Of a DNA stretch of 64,000 nt, positions 27,514 through 36,186 are shown one piece after another (the first letter of the stretch is position 1; the number at the start of each line of letters is the position of its first letter). The notes under the pieces were generated by a model. The model was given only the letters and a program-made list of their open reading frames with translations, searched no databases and was not told where the DNA came from. This DNA comes from an uncultured Eubacteriales bacterium (GTDB lineage: Bacteria; Bacillota; Clostridia; Oscillospirales; CAG-272): contig CAOKER010000006.1 in the NCBI GenBank assembly GCA_948467545.1, forward strand, positions 66,772 through 130,771. Direction: 5' to 3'. The position numbers and the translations under genes are program-made.

Positions 27514-28542
27514 TTATATCGCACTGAGTTCGTGTGTCAAACAATTTAAATAATCTCTCTCCGCCCTGTTTATCTCTTTTATTTTTTCTATCGCTCTGCT
27601 CAATATCTTGTCAGCATCGCTGCGGTTACATTTATACTTCATCAACATAAAAAATAAATTATTGGCCGTTCTGTAAATCTCATTGGCCTTTGTCCGATAT
27701 ATTTGCGCATTGCAAAGATAATTATTTTCAGAAAGATATTTCACCCTCAGATTCATCAGATTCTTGTGATCCAAAAGGCTTCTGATATATCTCATATCAA
27801 GAAATCCGCCGCTTCGACCGATCTCTTCAAGATAACTTGCAAGCTCGTCCCATACATCTATGCCGAATTTTAATTTTCCGGTATCTATACAATCTTTTAT
27901 ATCGGCTCTTCCGCTCAGCTCTGAACATTCCGACGATATGTATTCGCTCAACAAAAATACCACATTATCTACATTCAAAGGCTCGAATTCAAAATCCGAA
28001 TCCGCCTTATAAAACAACAGCTCCACATATCTGCTTTGAACATGAATGAGTGCGTCGATCAGCTCGTCAAATCCAACCTCATACGGCATATATACCCCAC
28101 GCACATATCCGGAGGTTTGAAAGGTTTTCTTTTCAAAATCAACTCCCCACAACAGACATTCATGATCAAAATCATACGGCTTTCCGCCATTATGCATATA
28201 AAAATACCCTTCGTTGGGAAAGCAATATACATATTCGCCTCCGGATATTCTTTCCGCAGCAATTTTCACCGCTTCAGATACACATTTCAAATCCGGATCA
28301 TTACATACATGCGCGTCATGCGATATAATTCCCTTTTTCTCAAACCAGCCGTCATCATTATAAGTATAAATATAAAATTTATTCGCATCGTCCCGGCTGT
28401 AAACACAATTAACATATGTCTCGCACGCCAGCCGCGGAATTATTTCACTGCCAAATGTCCCCTCAACTATTCCAAAGGCATAAGCATGATTAAGATATGT
28501 TCTTATCTGCGGATTCATCTCAAACGGAAGTAATTTCATCAT
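27514..28542 (-). CDS. uncharacterised ~340-aa protein, paralog family X
   Basis: Shares MMKLLPF, NHAYAFGIVEG, PNEGYF, PYDFDHECLLWGVD and LDMRYIRSLLDHKNLMNLRVKYL with 22128..23156. The track start 28572 lacks an SD. Confidence 0.55.
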   Translation of the reverse strand: MMKLLPFEMNPQIRTYLNHAYAFGIVEGTFGSEIIPRLACETYVNCVYSRDDANKFYIYTYNDDGWFEKKGIISHDAHVCNDPDLKCVSEAVKIAAERISGGEYVYCFPNEGYFYMHNGGKPYDFDHECLLWGVDFEKKTFQTSGYVRGVYMPYEVGFDELIDALIHVQSRYVELLFYKADSDFEFEPLNVDNVVFLLSEYISSECSELSGRADIKDCIDTGKLKFGIDVWDELASYLEEIGRSGGFLDMRYIRSLLDHKNLMNLRVKYLSENNYLCNAQIYRTKANEIYRTANNLFFMLMKYKCNRSDADKILSRAIEKIKEINRAERDYLNCLTHELSAI

Positions 28543-28682
28543 TGTATTTTCCACGTCTTTCTCTGAATTCATTCAACAGGAAATCTTTTTATATACCAAG
28601 TAATTACGGTTTTATCTAAAATAAAAATATAATGTAACATTCATTATGGTCAATAAACAAAAAGCGCAGCTTTGAAGAAAGA

Positions 28683-28780
28683 TTCTAAAGCTTCGAACAA
28701 AACTGCAATGTTTCGCGGTTTCACTCTGCGAAATCGCTGTCCAAAACAATGAAGCGAAACTTGCTAATCGAAAAACACAG
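28683..28780 (+). repeat. dispersed intergenic element, family 1, weaker copy
   Basis: ttctaaagctt...tgcaatgtttcgcggtttcac... shares ttctaaagctt and tgcaa.gtttc...tttcac with copy 1. Confidence 0.4.
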
Positions 28781-28980
28781 CTTTCAGATTATTATACCAT
28801 AATACGGTATACCAGTCAACAGTTTACAACTAAAAGCAAGATGTCCTCCGAATATAAAACGTGGGTTCTGCCGAACTTTTTCAGCGGCGTTTGTAATGCC
28901 GCTGAATCGTCTCATAACGGCTATTTCCGCCTTATTGAAAGCTCTTCACACATTTTCAAAATTTATAATTATCATATTTA

Positions 28981-29003
28981 AAAAACGGCGGATTACTCCG
29001 CCG
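28981..29003 (-). terminator. intrinsic terminator after 29011..29226
   Basis: Minus strand: cggcgg-agtaat-ccgccg followed by TTTTT, 8 nt after the stop codon. Confidence 0.55.
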
Positions 29004-29010
29004 CGGTCGG

Positions 29011-29226
29011 TCATTCATACTTTTCAAACAGCATACGGCTGATGAGACAGCTTTTGTAACTGCTCCGGCACTTTGCAGCTTTATATTTTTCACAGTTCCT
29101 TGCATTGCCGAATGCAAGATGGACAGTGTTTCCGCGGCTTACGCCCTCGCAGTAAATTTTCTGTTTTGCTTCAGCCAGATAAAAAGGGCACACCGCTTCT
29201 GCCAATATCGTCTTTCTTTCGTTCAT
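29011..29226 (-). CDS. small Cys-rich phage-associated protein
   Basis: ORF track. 71 aa with 5 Cys. It is the last gene of the leftward phage early-type operon. Confidence 0.5.
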   Translation of the reverse strand: MNERKTILAEAVCPFYLAEAKQKIYCEGVSRGNTVHLAFGNARNCEKYKAAKCRSSYKSCLISRMLFEKYE

Positions 29227-29300
29227 ATATTCTTATAATCATCTCTTTCTTCAATAATGGGCCTTACGGTCATGAAGAGCGGCAAGTGCAGTGCAGCTGC

Positions 29301-29561
29301 TCATTCATCGCTGACGAAATGCCGGCTCTTAAAGCGTCGTGTCATGCGGGAATAATGTTTGGTGTCGTATATTCCGGCGCCCGTTTCATATGTTTCGCAA
29401 GCGGAACATATCTCCATTCCCCGGCTGCCGCTGCAGTCCCCGTCAAGCTCCGCGCCGCACCGATCGCATATGTATACTATACGTCTTCGTTTCGGGCAGC
29501 TCGTACCAAGACAGCCGCGTTCCGTCGGACAGCCGACACACTCATTTATATATTTTTTCAA
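29301..29561 (-). CDS. small Cys-rich (zinc-ribbon-like) phage-associated protein
   Basis: CVGC...CPKRR...CDRCG...CSAC pairs. It abuts the upstream gene. Confidence 0.5.
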   Translation of the reverse strand: MKKYINECVGCPTERGCLGTSCPKRRRIVYICDRCGAELDGDCSGSRGMEICSACETYETGAGIYDTKHYSRMTRRFKSRHFVSDE

Positions 29562-29562
29562 G

Positions 29563-29970
29563 TTAAGAATGCCCTGTGCCTCTCGCTCCCGCCTCTGCCA
29601 ATTTCGAGGACGCTTTGATTATTCTTCGCGCATGCTCCGGGGTAATATCATAACGGTTGGCAATCAATAGCATCGAATCCCCGCGCGCATGGTCTGCAAG
29701 CAGGCGCTTATTGCGCTCCCGTTTTTCCTCCGCATTCAGCCGCGGTCTGTACGGACGGCGCACCCCGCGGTTATATCTCGAAACATTCTCCGTGCCGGGA
29801 AGCCGGTCAAACGCGCACAGACAACGCCACGAACACAGCAGCAGCTCCCCTCTTCTGTATACCCATTCGTCCGTAGGCGGATAAAAGCGACGTCCGCATA
29901 TCGGACATATCCGTTCGTTCCAATTGTCGGTATAGGCTGTCGTGTTTTCAAAAATCTTCTCGTCAATCAT
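29563..29970 (-). CDS. phage-associated zinc-finger + C-terminal HTH protein
   Basis: CPICG...CSWRC, then LLADHARGDSMLLIANRYDITPEHARRIIK (HTH-like). ATGA overlap with the upstream gene. Confidence 0.5.
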   Translation of the reverse strand: MIDEKIFENTTAYTDNWNERICPICGRRFYPPTDEWVYRRGELLLCSWRCLCAFDRLPGTENVSRYNRGVRRPYRPRLNAEEKRERNKRLLADHARGDSMLLIANRYDITPEHARRIIKASSKLAEAGARGTGHS

Positions 29971-30359
29971 TTTGTTACCTCCCTTTCACGCTGTCGCCTT
30001 TTGCGTGCGCGGTTCTGTTCGCGAATTCTGTCGAGCGCGTCAGTATTCTGATACTTGTCCCAGTTGGTTATAAAGACGGTCTTATTCTCTACGGTTATCA
30101 TTCCGTAATTTTCAAACAGGCAGAATGCCTCCCTTATCAGCTTGACAGGCTGCCGCATCAGCGTAGCAAACATCTCCGGCGTGTAGCCGCGCCCGTTGCT
30201 CAGCCTAAAGGCTCCGCCGTTGTTCTGCTTGCCCGCAAGGCACAGCAGTTTAATCCATATCAGAACTATACTGTCGGCATGCGGATTTTCCGTGATAAAT
30301 AGTATTTTTTCATTATCAAAAATGTCCGTTGCAAGCTTTACCCATTTTAACTCCGCCAT
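29967..30359 (-). CDS. phage replisome organizer N-terminal domain protein
   Basis: MAELKWVKLATDIFDNEKI...IWIKLLCLAGK matches my recollection of the phage replisome organizer family. I prefer ATG 30359 (AAGGAAG upstream) to the track start 30437. Confidence 0.65.
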   Translation of the reverse strand: MAELKWVKLATDIFDNEKILFITENPHADSIVLIWIKLLCLAGKQNNGGAFRLSNGRGYTPEMFATLMRQPVKLIREAFCLFENYGMITVENKTVFITNWDKYQNTDALDRIREQNRARKRRQREREVTK

Positions 30360-30430
30360 AGGCATCACTTCCTTCGCAAAAGCTTTGCAGAGAAATATCC
30401 GAATTAAGATGTCCCTGTAATATTTTTTTC

Positions 30431-30459
30431 TTGACAAAAAATACTGTTAATGTTATACT
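30431..30459 (+). promoter_or_regulatory. sigma-A promoter (TTGACA-17 nt-TATACT, TGt extended -10) reading toward the repressor gene
   Basis: -35 at 30431..30436, -10 at 30454..30459. The spacer carries a direct repeat of atactgttaa. Confidence 0.5.
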
Positions 30460-30504
30460 GTTAAAAGCGATTACGGAATTTTCCTATATCGCTTTATATT
30501 TAAT

Positions 30505-30533
30505 ATTATAATCTACATTTTCTACTTTGTCAA
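30505..30533 (-). promoter_or_regulatory. consensus sigma-A promoter (TTGACA-17 nt-TATAAT) reading toward the replisome-organizer operon
   Basis: Plus-strand tgtcaa at 30528..30533 and attata at 30505..30510, with a 17-nt spacer. Confidence 0.6.
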
Positions 30534-30645
30534 CCTGATGTATTAAATTTTCTACTTTATTTAACGATTAAATTCTACTTATTTTAACTTTGTTAGATAT
30601 TAAACCCTTTATTTCGACTTTATTCGACATAGAAAATCTACATTA
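30511..30645. promoter_or_regulatory. array of seven TTCTACTT-like repeats (putative operators/iterons)
   Basis: atctacatt, ttctacttt, ttctacttt, ttctactta, ttcgacttt, ttcgacat and atctacatt are spread over ~135 bp and overlap the leftward promoter spacer. Confidence 0.5.
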
Positions 30646-30790
30646 TGACAATCGCAGCAGAGCTTTCTCAGCTTTCGCGCGGCGCTGAGCAGTTCTGATT
30701 TTTATTGCCCGACGCAGCCGAATCGCCCCAAAAATTTAACAAAAAACTAAGAGCGGACAGCTCTGAGCTATTTCAAATTATCGGAAAGGT

Positions 30791-31411
30791 ATGGTCATAA
30801 CTATGTTTTGGAATCGATTTGTTACCCTGTGTGCGCAGGACAGGACAAGCCCCAGCGCAGTATGCGCGCGGATCGGTTTTTCGGCCGCAACCGCAACTCA
30901 CTGGAAAAGAGGCGCTCAGCCAAACGCGGCCTCGCTAAAACGCGTCGCCGATTATTTCGGAGTTTCGGTCGAATATCTTACAGGCGGTAAAACAAACGGC
31001 GGAATAAAATCAAAACATGGCGTTCGTATTCCGGTTTTCGGCAGAGTTGCAGCCGGCATCCCTATCGACGCGGTGACGGACATTGAGGACTATGAAGAAA
31101 TTCCCCGTCAAATGGCGTCTGCCGGAGAATTTTTCGCTCTGAGAATCTGCGGAGACAGCATGGAACCGAAAATCGAAAACGGCGATATCGTCATTGTACG
31201 CCGTCAGCCGGACTGCGAAAGCGACGATATAGCCATTGTTCTCGTCAATCACGACGAAGCTACCTGCAAAAAAATCAGAAAGCTCCATGACGGAATTATG
31301 CTTATCTCGACAAATCCAAAATACGATCCGATGATTTTTACAAATCACGACATTCAAGAGCTACCCGTAACGATTCTCGGAAAGGTTGTCGAGCTCAGAG
31401 CAAAATTCTGA
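30791..31411 (+). CDS. phage cI/LexA-like repressor (XRE HTH + S24 peptidase domain)
   Basis: N-terminal HTH (ARIGFSAATATHWKRG). C-terminal S24 motifs ICGDSMEP and ATCKKI. The start could be ATG 30803. Confidence 0.8.
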   Translation: MVITMFWNRFVTLCAQDRTSPSAVCARIGFSAATATHWKRGAQPNAASLKRVADYFGVSVEYLTGGKTNGGIKSKHGVRIPVFGRVAAGIPIDAVTDIEDYEEIPRQMASAGEFFALRICGDSMEPKIENGDIVIVRRQPDCESDDIAIVLVNHDEATCKKIRKLHDGIMLISTNPKYDPMIFTNHDIQELPVTILGKVVELRAKF

Positions 31412-31465
31412 TTTATGTCCGTCTGTAAAAATCATATCTAAATTTTAAATTTAATTGAATCGGAG

Positions 31466-32020
31466 ATGACAGCCATTATACTGACTACAAAAAGATTACT
31501 GCTTCGCCCTTGGACAGAAGCAGACGCGGAAAGCCTTTTCGAATATGCGAAAGACCCTGATGTCGGTCCGATCGCGGGGTGGCCTCCGCACAAAAATGTC
31601 GGCGAAAGCCTTTGTGTTATCAAAAATGTTCTTTCCGGAGCCGAATGCTATGCAATCTGCGAAAAGGAATGCGGCAAAGCGATCGGCGCAGTTGAGCTTA
31701 TGCTTAACGGACACACGGATATGACCTGCAGCGATGATGAATGCGAGCTCGGTTACTGGCTCGGCAAACCTTTTTGGGGCAACGGTTACATGCCCGAAGC
31801 CGCTGCCGAGCTTATCCGACGCGCTTTTGAAGACCTCGGCATGACAACAATCTGGTGCGGATACTACGACGGAAACAACAAATCCAAAAGAGTTCAGGAA
31901 AAGCTGGGATTTACTTATCATCACACCTGTAACGATGTTTCCGTTCCGCTGATGAATGAAACAAGAACATGTCACACCAACTGCCTTACAAAGGACCGAT
32001 GGCTCCGTAAAAAAACATAA
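31466..32020 (+). CDS. GNAT family N-acetyltransferase (RimJ/RimL-like)
   Basis: LLLRPWTEADAESLFEYAKDPDV...GYWLGKPFWGNGYMPEAA...SKRVQEKLGF. Confidence 0.8.
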   Translation: MTAIILTTKRLLLRPWTEADAESLFEYAKDPDVGPIAGWPPHKNVGESLCVIKNVLSGAECYAICEKECGKAIGAVELMLNGHTDMTCSDDECELGYWLGKPFWGNGYMPEAAAELIRRAFEDLGMTTIWCGYYDGNNKSKRVQEKLGFTYHHTCNDVSVPLMNETRTCHTNCLTKDRWLRKKT

Positions 32021-32123
32021 TCAAATGCATACAAAAATTCCGCAAAGCTATTCCTTTGCGGAAAAAATACTGAAACAAATTTTATTTCGATGCACGAAAA
32101 CACAGTTTTGAAACAAAAAAATA

Positions 32124-32152
32124 TTGCGATTTGTCGGAATTTATGGTACAAT
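32124..32152 (+). promoter_or_regulatory. sigma-A promoter (TTGCGA-17 nt-TACAAT, TGg extended -10)
   Basis: -35 at 32124..32129, -10 at 32147..32152. The predicted start coincides with the start of family-1 copy 3. Confidence 0.5.
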
Positions 32153-32160
32153 ACGTTGAA

Positions 32161-32255
32161 ACCAAAGGCTTTAACGTACAAGTTTCGCTTCGACGTCCGT
32201 GACAGTGAGTTTGCAAGGCCAAGTTTAGAAACATCGCGCGGTATGCTCTGATATT
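32161..32255 (+). repeat. dispersed intergenic element, family 1, copy 3
   Basis: aaaggctttaacgtaCAAGTTTCgctTCGACGTCcgtgacagtgagtttgc...GAAACATcGCGcggtaTGCTCTGA shares these strings with copies 1 and 4. Confidence 0.55.
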
Positions 32256-32585
32256 ATATTGTACAATACTCCAAAGTTCAGTGCTTTAACCCGCAATTTT
32301 CGTCTCGCCGCGGAAAACGGTAAAATTTCAGTTTCTTCAAATATTACGGTATTATTAGAATTTTACAGCATAATGTTTTTTCCAAAAGATTAACCGCGTG
32401 TGAACAAGGACGTTTACGGCAACAGAAAGTTAAAAAATGCCGCTCAATAATTTACGCGTCAGAATCCGATTTTTTAAAGACTCCGAATTCCGCCTATACC
32501 GTACGAAAATGACGTTTTTACCTTTATGCTCACGAATACGGCTCGAAACTTATCGTGCTCCAAAAAACGTATTTTATTTTAATTT

Positions 32586-32612
32586 GTCACGTGACTGTCA
32601 CGTGACGTCACG
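32586..32612. repeat. tandem palindromes GTCACGTGAC(T) x2.6
   Basis: gtcacgtgac t gtcacgtgac gtcacg. Confidence 0.85.
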
Positions 32613-32617
32613 CTGCA

Positions 32618-32726
32618 GATAAGAACAGATAAGATTAGATTAGATAAGATAAGATTAGATTAGATTAAGATAAGAAATTCTCTTTTTCTCTTTTTCTCTT
32701 CTCTCTTTTTTCTCTGTCTCTTTTTA
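32618..32726. repeat. compound low-complexity tract: (GATWA)n followed by a CT-only tract
   Basis: agataagaacagataagattagattagataagataagattagattagattaagataag, then ctctttttctctttttctcttctctcttttttctctgtctcttttt. Confidence 0.85.
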
Positions 32727-32935
32727 AACAGCATATTTTTACGCATGAGCTGTGGAAAACTTTCCGACAAAAAGACTTACGCTCTTTTTTCTATAAGGCT
32801 CAAAGCGCCGTCATGAAGCGTTGACGGCAGGACGGCGGCCCGCCGCGCCGCCGAAAAAAGCCGTTGAGCCTGCCGCCGAAGAGCAAAGGCCGGTATATCC
32901 TGCCTTTGTTATTACACCGAAAGGATTATCAGACT

Positions 32936-33760
32936 ATGAACACAATGCATTACAAGCTTGCCGCTACCGATGTCGACGGTACGCTTATCGACGACAACAG
33001 ACAAATATCCGAATACACCGCGCGGACAATAAAAAATGCCGTCGCAAACGGACTTCTTTTTACCATTGCGACAGGACGGTCGCTCTCCTCCATTACTCAG
33101 TTTATAGACGAATTCGACATCTCATGTCCGCTTATTACCAACAATGGCGCAAGAATTGTCACTCCTGACGGCAAAGTTCTCTACTCACGCGACATGAAAC
33201 CCGAACCGGCAATGCAGATATGGCGTACAGGCATCGAGGAAAATACAACAATCATACTTTGGTCCGGAAATCGTCTTTATTCAAACAAAGCCGACGGCTA
33301 TGTCGAAGAGTACCGCACCAAAAACAACAATATAGAGCTTTGCGTCATCGAGGGAAGCGATATTTCGCAGCTGGCGTTCGAAGGCGTGACAAAACAGATT
33401 TACATAGACACTCCGGAAAGACTGGCGGAATTTATGTCGGGCGTATGCACAAAGCTGCCCGAAAGTATATCCTTTTTCAAAAGCTCTCCGATTTACCTCG
33501 AATTCGTGGATTCCACCGTTTCAAAAGGCTCCGCGCTTGAAAGACTTGGAAATATTCTCGGAATTCCGCAAAAGGAAATCGTAGCTTTCGGAGACGCTGA
33601 CAACGACGTCGAAATGATAAGCTATGCCGGTCTCGGAGTAGCTATGGCAAACTCATCGGAAAAATTGCTGAGCGTAGCAGACTATGTGACGCGCTCAAAT
33701 AACGAGGACGGCATCGCCGCCGTGCTGGAAAAAATTATCGACGGCGAAAAAATTATATAG
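32936..33760 (+). CDS. Cof-type HAD-IIB family hydrolase
   Basis: KLAATDVDGTLID (DxDGT motif I), TIATGRS (motif II), FGDADNDVEM (motif IV). I prefer ATG 32936 (AAAGGA upstream) to the track start 32864. Confidence 0.8.
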   Translation: MNTMHYKLAATDVDGTLIDDNRQISEYTARTIKNAVANGLLFTIATGRSLSSITQFIDEFDISCPLITNNGARIVTPDGKVLYSRDMKPEPAMQIWRTGIEENTTIILWSGNRLYSNKADGYVEEYRTKNNNIELCVIEGSDISQLAFEGVTKQIYIDTPERLAEFMSGVCTKLPESISFFKSSPIYLEFVDSTVSKGSALERLGNILGIPQKEIVAFGDADNDVEMISYAGLGVAMANSSEKLLSVADYVTRSNNEDGIAAVLEKIIDGEKII

Positions 33761-33774
33761 ATAAAACGTCTCAA

Positions 33775-33809
33775 AAAATCCTCCGCACGGTTCCGCAGCG
33801 GAGGATTTT
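33775..33809 (+). terminator. terminator-like hairpin after the HAD gene
   Basis: aaaatcctccgc / acggttccgca / gcggaggatttt. Confidence 0.5.
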
Positions 33810-34008
33810 CCGTATAAAAAAAGTCCGGGCTCATTCTGCGCGATATGCAATCAAACACCCAAGCAATCAAACAGGCAAAGGTTTTTGAAGCACTTATTGA
33901 CGTAAATGAGCTCGGTCTTTATTTTTTTATAAAACCGCAAGATATTATATTAATTCTAACTCATATTTTCGGCTGAGCTCAAAACCTGCCGCAAGTCCCG
34001 CCGCCGAA

Positions 34009-34410
34009 TTATATATCCAATCCCAATGAGACGACCTTGTACGCGCCGTCTATCTTTTTAATTTCTATAAGATAAAAACACCATTCCGGAGCATATCCGG
34101 TAATTGTAAAGTGATACGAATCGTCCATTATTCTCATTCTTTTCATGAAAAATTGAGGAATCACACAGTACTTTGCAGTCTTTTTATCATCTTCGCGGTA
34201 TATAATATATTCGGGTTTTTCTTCATAATAAATTTCATCCCTGTCTATATTACATCCGGCAAAATTCCAGTCCTTTATTGCCGCAAGTACAACCCTTTTT
34301 ATCTCCCTGTTTTCCTCTATACTCAGACTGAAGTTATTGGCATATACTGCATCCCACATAACCACATCCTTTAAATATAAATAGACAAAAAATACAGTCA
34401 GTACAATCAA
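34009..34410 (-). CDS. small N-terminally anchored protein (C-terminal IEIKKIDGAYKVV motif family)
   Basis: ORF track. One N-terminal hydrophobic helix. The C-terminal motif is shared with 36813..37217 (IEVEKIDGEWVAV). Confidence 0.55.
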   Translation of the reverse strand: MIVLTVFFVYLYLKDVVMWDAVYANNFSLSIEENREIKRVVLAAIKDWNFAGCNIDRDEIYYEEKPEYIIYREDDKKTAKYCVIPQFFMKRMRIMDDSYHFTITGYAPEWCFYLIEIKKIDGAYKVVSLGLDI

Positions 34411-34440
34411 GTCTTTTCATTTCGGCACCTTAAAATTCTT

Positions 34441-34665
34441 TTATCTGCCGGCGATAAAGACGCAATAATAGTCTTTATTCAGTTCGTCATATATAAATAT
34501 TGCTTTTGGATTCAGTCCCTGTTCTTCTTCAAGTTCGGTTTCAAAGTCACCGCTTGTTCGACTGACAATACTGCAGTATGAATTTTCAACCGAAATTTCG
34601 TCAATTCCGATTTTATCGCTGTCTATCACAAGCAATTCTATAATATCAATAACAAAATCGGGCAT
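34441..34665 (-). CDS. small acidic hypothetical protein
   Basis: ORF track. 74 aa with no recognisable motif. Confidence 0.4.
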   Translation of the reverse strand: MPDFVIDIIELLVIDSDKIGIDEISVENSYCSIVSRTSGDFETELEEEQGLNPKAIFIYDELNKDYYCVFIAGR

Positions 34666-34770
34666 TGCATGCCATACTTCCGAATTATCCTCTATACACC
34701 TCTCCGCAAGCTCCTGCTCCTCCGAATTTAAACAGAATTATCGGCTTTACATTTATTTTATTTTTATGTA

Positions 34771-35148
34771 TTATGAGTGAAAACCTCCCGCTCCGTATTC
34801 GTCAAAAATATTATGTATGTATTCCATGTCCTCTTTTGAAATATCATAATAGCGGAAAAGATATTGATACGAAGCACAGCTGTCCTGCGCCGGAAAATAT
34901 ACCCGCGTTCCTATCCTGATCGTCACATCAAAGCCAAATCCGCACGACGACTTTCCGCAGCGCTCGGCACTTTTCAATATACTCTTCACATTTTTCGACT
35001 CCTCCGCCGTCAAGGCCGCATTAACCTCAACGCCGTATTTGTCATATTTTATCGATACAGGAAATATGTAAAACTGAAGCTGATAAAAAACAGCCAAAAA
35101 CAGACATACCACTATTATCCAAAAGGATTTTCTTTTTATTATCTTCAA
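34771..35148 (-). CDS. small signal-anchored hypothetical protein
   Basis: There is no ATG. TTG at 35148 with GAGGTG 8 nt upstream gives MKIIKRKSFWIIVVCLFLAVF. The track start 35166 is also TTG but has no SD. Confidence 0.5.
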   Translation of the reverse strand: MKIIKRKSFWIIVVCLFLAVFYQLQFYIFPVSIKYDKYGVEVNAALTAEESKNVKSILKSAERCGKSSCGFGFDVTIRIGTRVYFPAQDSCASYQYLFRYYDISKEDMEYIHNIFDEYGAGGFHS

Positions 35149-35248
35149 ATTCAGAGCACCTCGCAATGTTTCATGATTTTGTCACGCAAAATCGCCGTCT
35201 GCGGCGGCGAAACGAAACTTGCATCTTAAAGTTTTAGCTTTAAGCTAC
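35146..35248 (-). repeat. dispersed intergenic element, family 1, copy 4
   Basis: Minus strand: gtagcttaaagctaaaactttaagATGCAAGTTTCgtttcgccgccgcaGACGGCGATTTTGCgtgacaaaatcatGAAACATtGCGaggTGCTCTGA. Confidence 0.6.
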
Positions 35249-35781
35249 TAATCCGGGCAGCTCGGATTAAATTCGGTTTCGTACGGTTCTCTGTCAAAGA
35301 TTACGTCTTTATCTCCCTGTACTATTCCGTAATTCTCTTTAAAGCAATACTCTTTCGACACCAGCAAAAATCCTTTTGACTCGTAATACGTAACTACGGT
35401 TTCGGAATTTTTATTCATTTTTTCATATAATCCGACATAATCTTTACCGTCGCAGGTTTTGGACGTAACGCCGATAAAAACGCTTGCTATGACGCATATT
35501 AAGGCTGCCAATACCGCCGCGATAACCGAAAAAAAAGTTTTTATAAATTTAGAGTGCAAGAACGAAAGAATTACTATAGCAGTCACCGCAGCCAAAATCG
35601 CATAGGCGAATATTTTCACGGTTAATATATACTTTACTGAAAATAAAAAATAAAGCACTAAAGAAAACAACGGGCAAAACATTAACAAGCATGCCGGGAT
35701 TGCCATACGATATTTTTTATATACTATACCCGTTATTAGCAGAATTCCCGATATCATGATGAGTACTAATTCATAAACCAT
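35248..35781 (-). CDS. 4-TM membrane protein with small C-terminal soluble domain (paralog of 37225..37749)
   Basis: ORF track. Same length class and TM layout as 37225..37749. Both end with a ...(D/Y)(R/Y)EP(Y/H)..E(F/Y)N... tail. Confidence 0.6.
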   Translation of the reverse strand: MVYELVLIMISGILLITGIVYKKYRMAIPACLLMFCPLFSLVLYFLFSVKYILTVKIFAYAILAAVTAIVILSFLHSKFIKTFFSVIAAVLAALICVIASVFIGVTSKTCDGKDYVGLYEKMNKNSETVVTYYESKGFLLVSKEYCFKENYGIVQGDKDVIFDREPYETEFNPSCPD

Positions 35782-36186
35782 TATTGTTACCGATTCCCTT
35801 GCGCAATTATTTGACTGATTTTTCGCCTTTTATACGGTCTCAGCCGACCGAGTGCCGTCCGGATTATATTTTAAATGCACAGTAATTTTATTATACAGTT
35901 TTCATCATAAAACGTCAATAGTTTTTTCCGTTTTTTTAAGAGAATGTGATGTTTTCGACATAGAAATATATAAAAAATCAATCCCCGACAAGCTCAGACT
36001 GTAACTCCTCGTTTTTTTATAAATTCCTGCTGCATTTATAATTATAATCTATAAATATAACATTATTTTTAAATATTCTTAAATTTTCCTTTTTATTTCC
36101 AATTTAATATTGATTGATAGAAACATTTCCGCATCAGCTTGGCAAAAACCGATAAAATAATAACCGAATAAGCACTGTGAGCCCTC

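Noticed and set aside
31496-31975. A 159-aa minus-strand ORF opposite the GNAT gene, and similar antisense ORFs at 31010..31357 and 57201..57692.
   Set aside because: The sense-strand ORFs carry clear family motifs or operon context. The antisense products have no motifs or SDs.
32437-32935. ORFs 32437..32622, 32821..33168 and the N-terminal extension of the HAD ORF (32864 start).
   Set aside because: They run through palindromic and low-complexity DNA or are Arg/Pro-rich off-frame reads. The HAD motif I (DVDGTL) follows the SD-preceded ATG at 32936.
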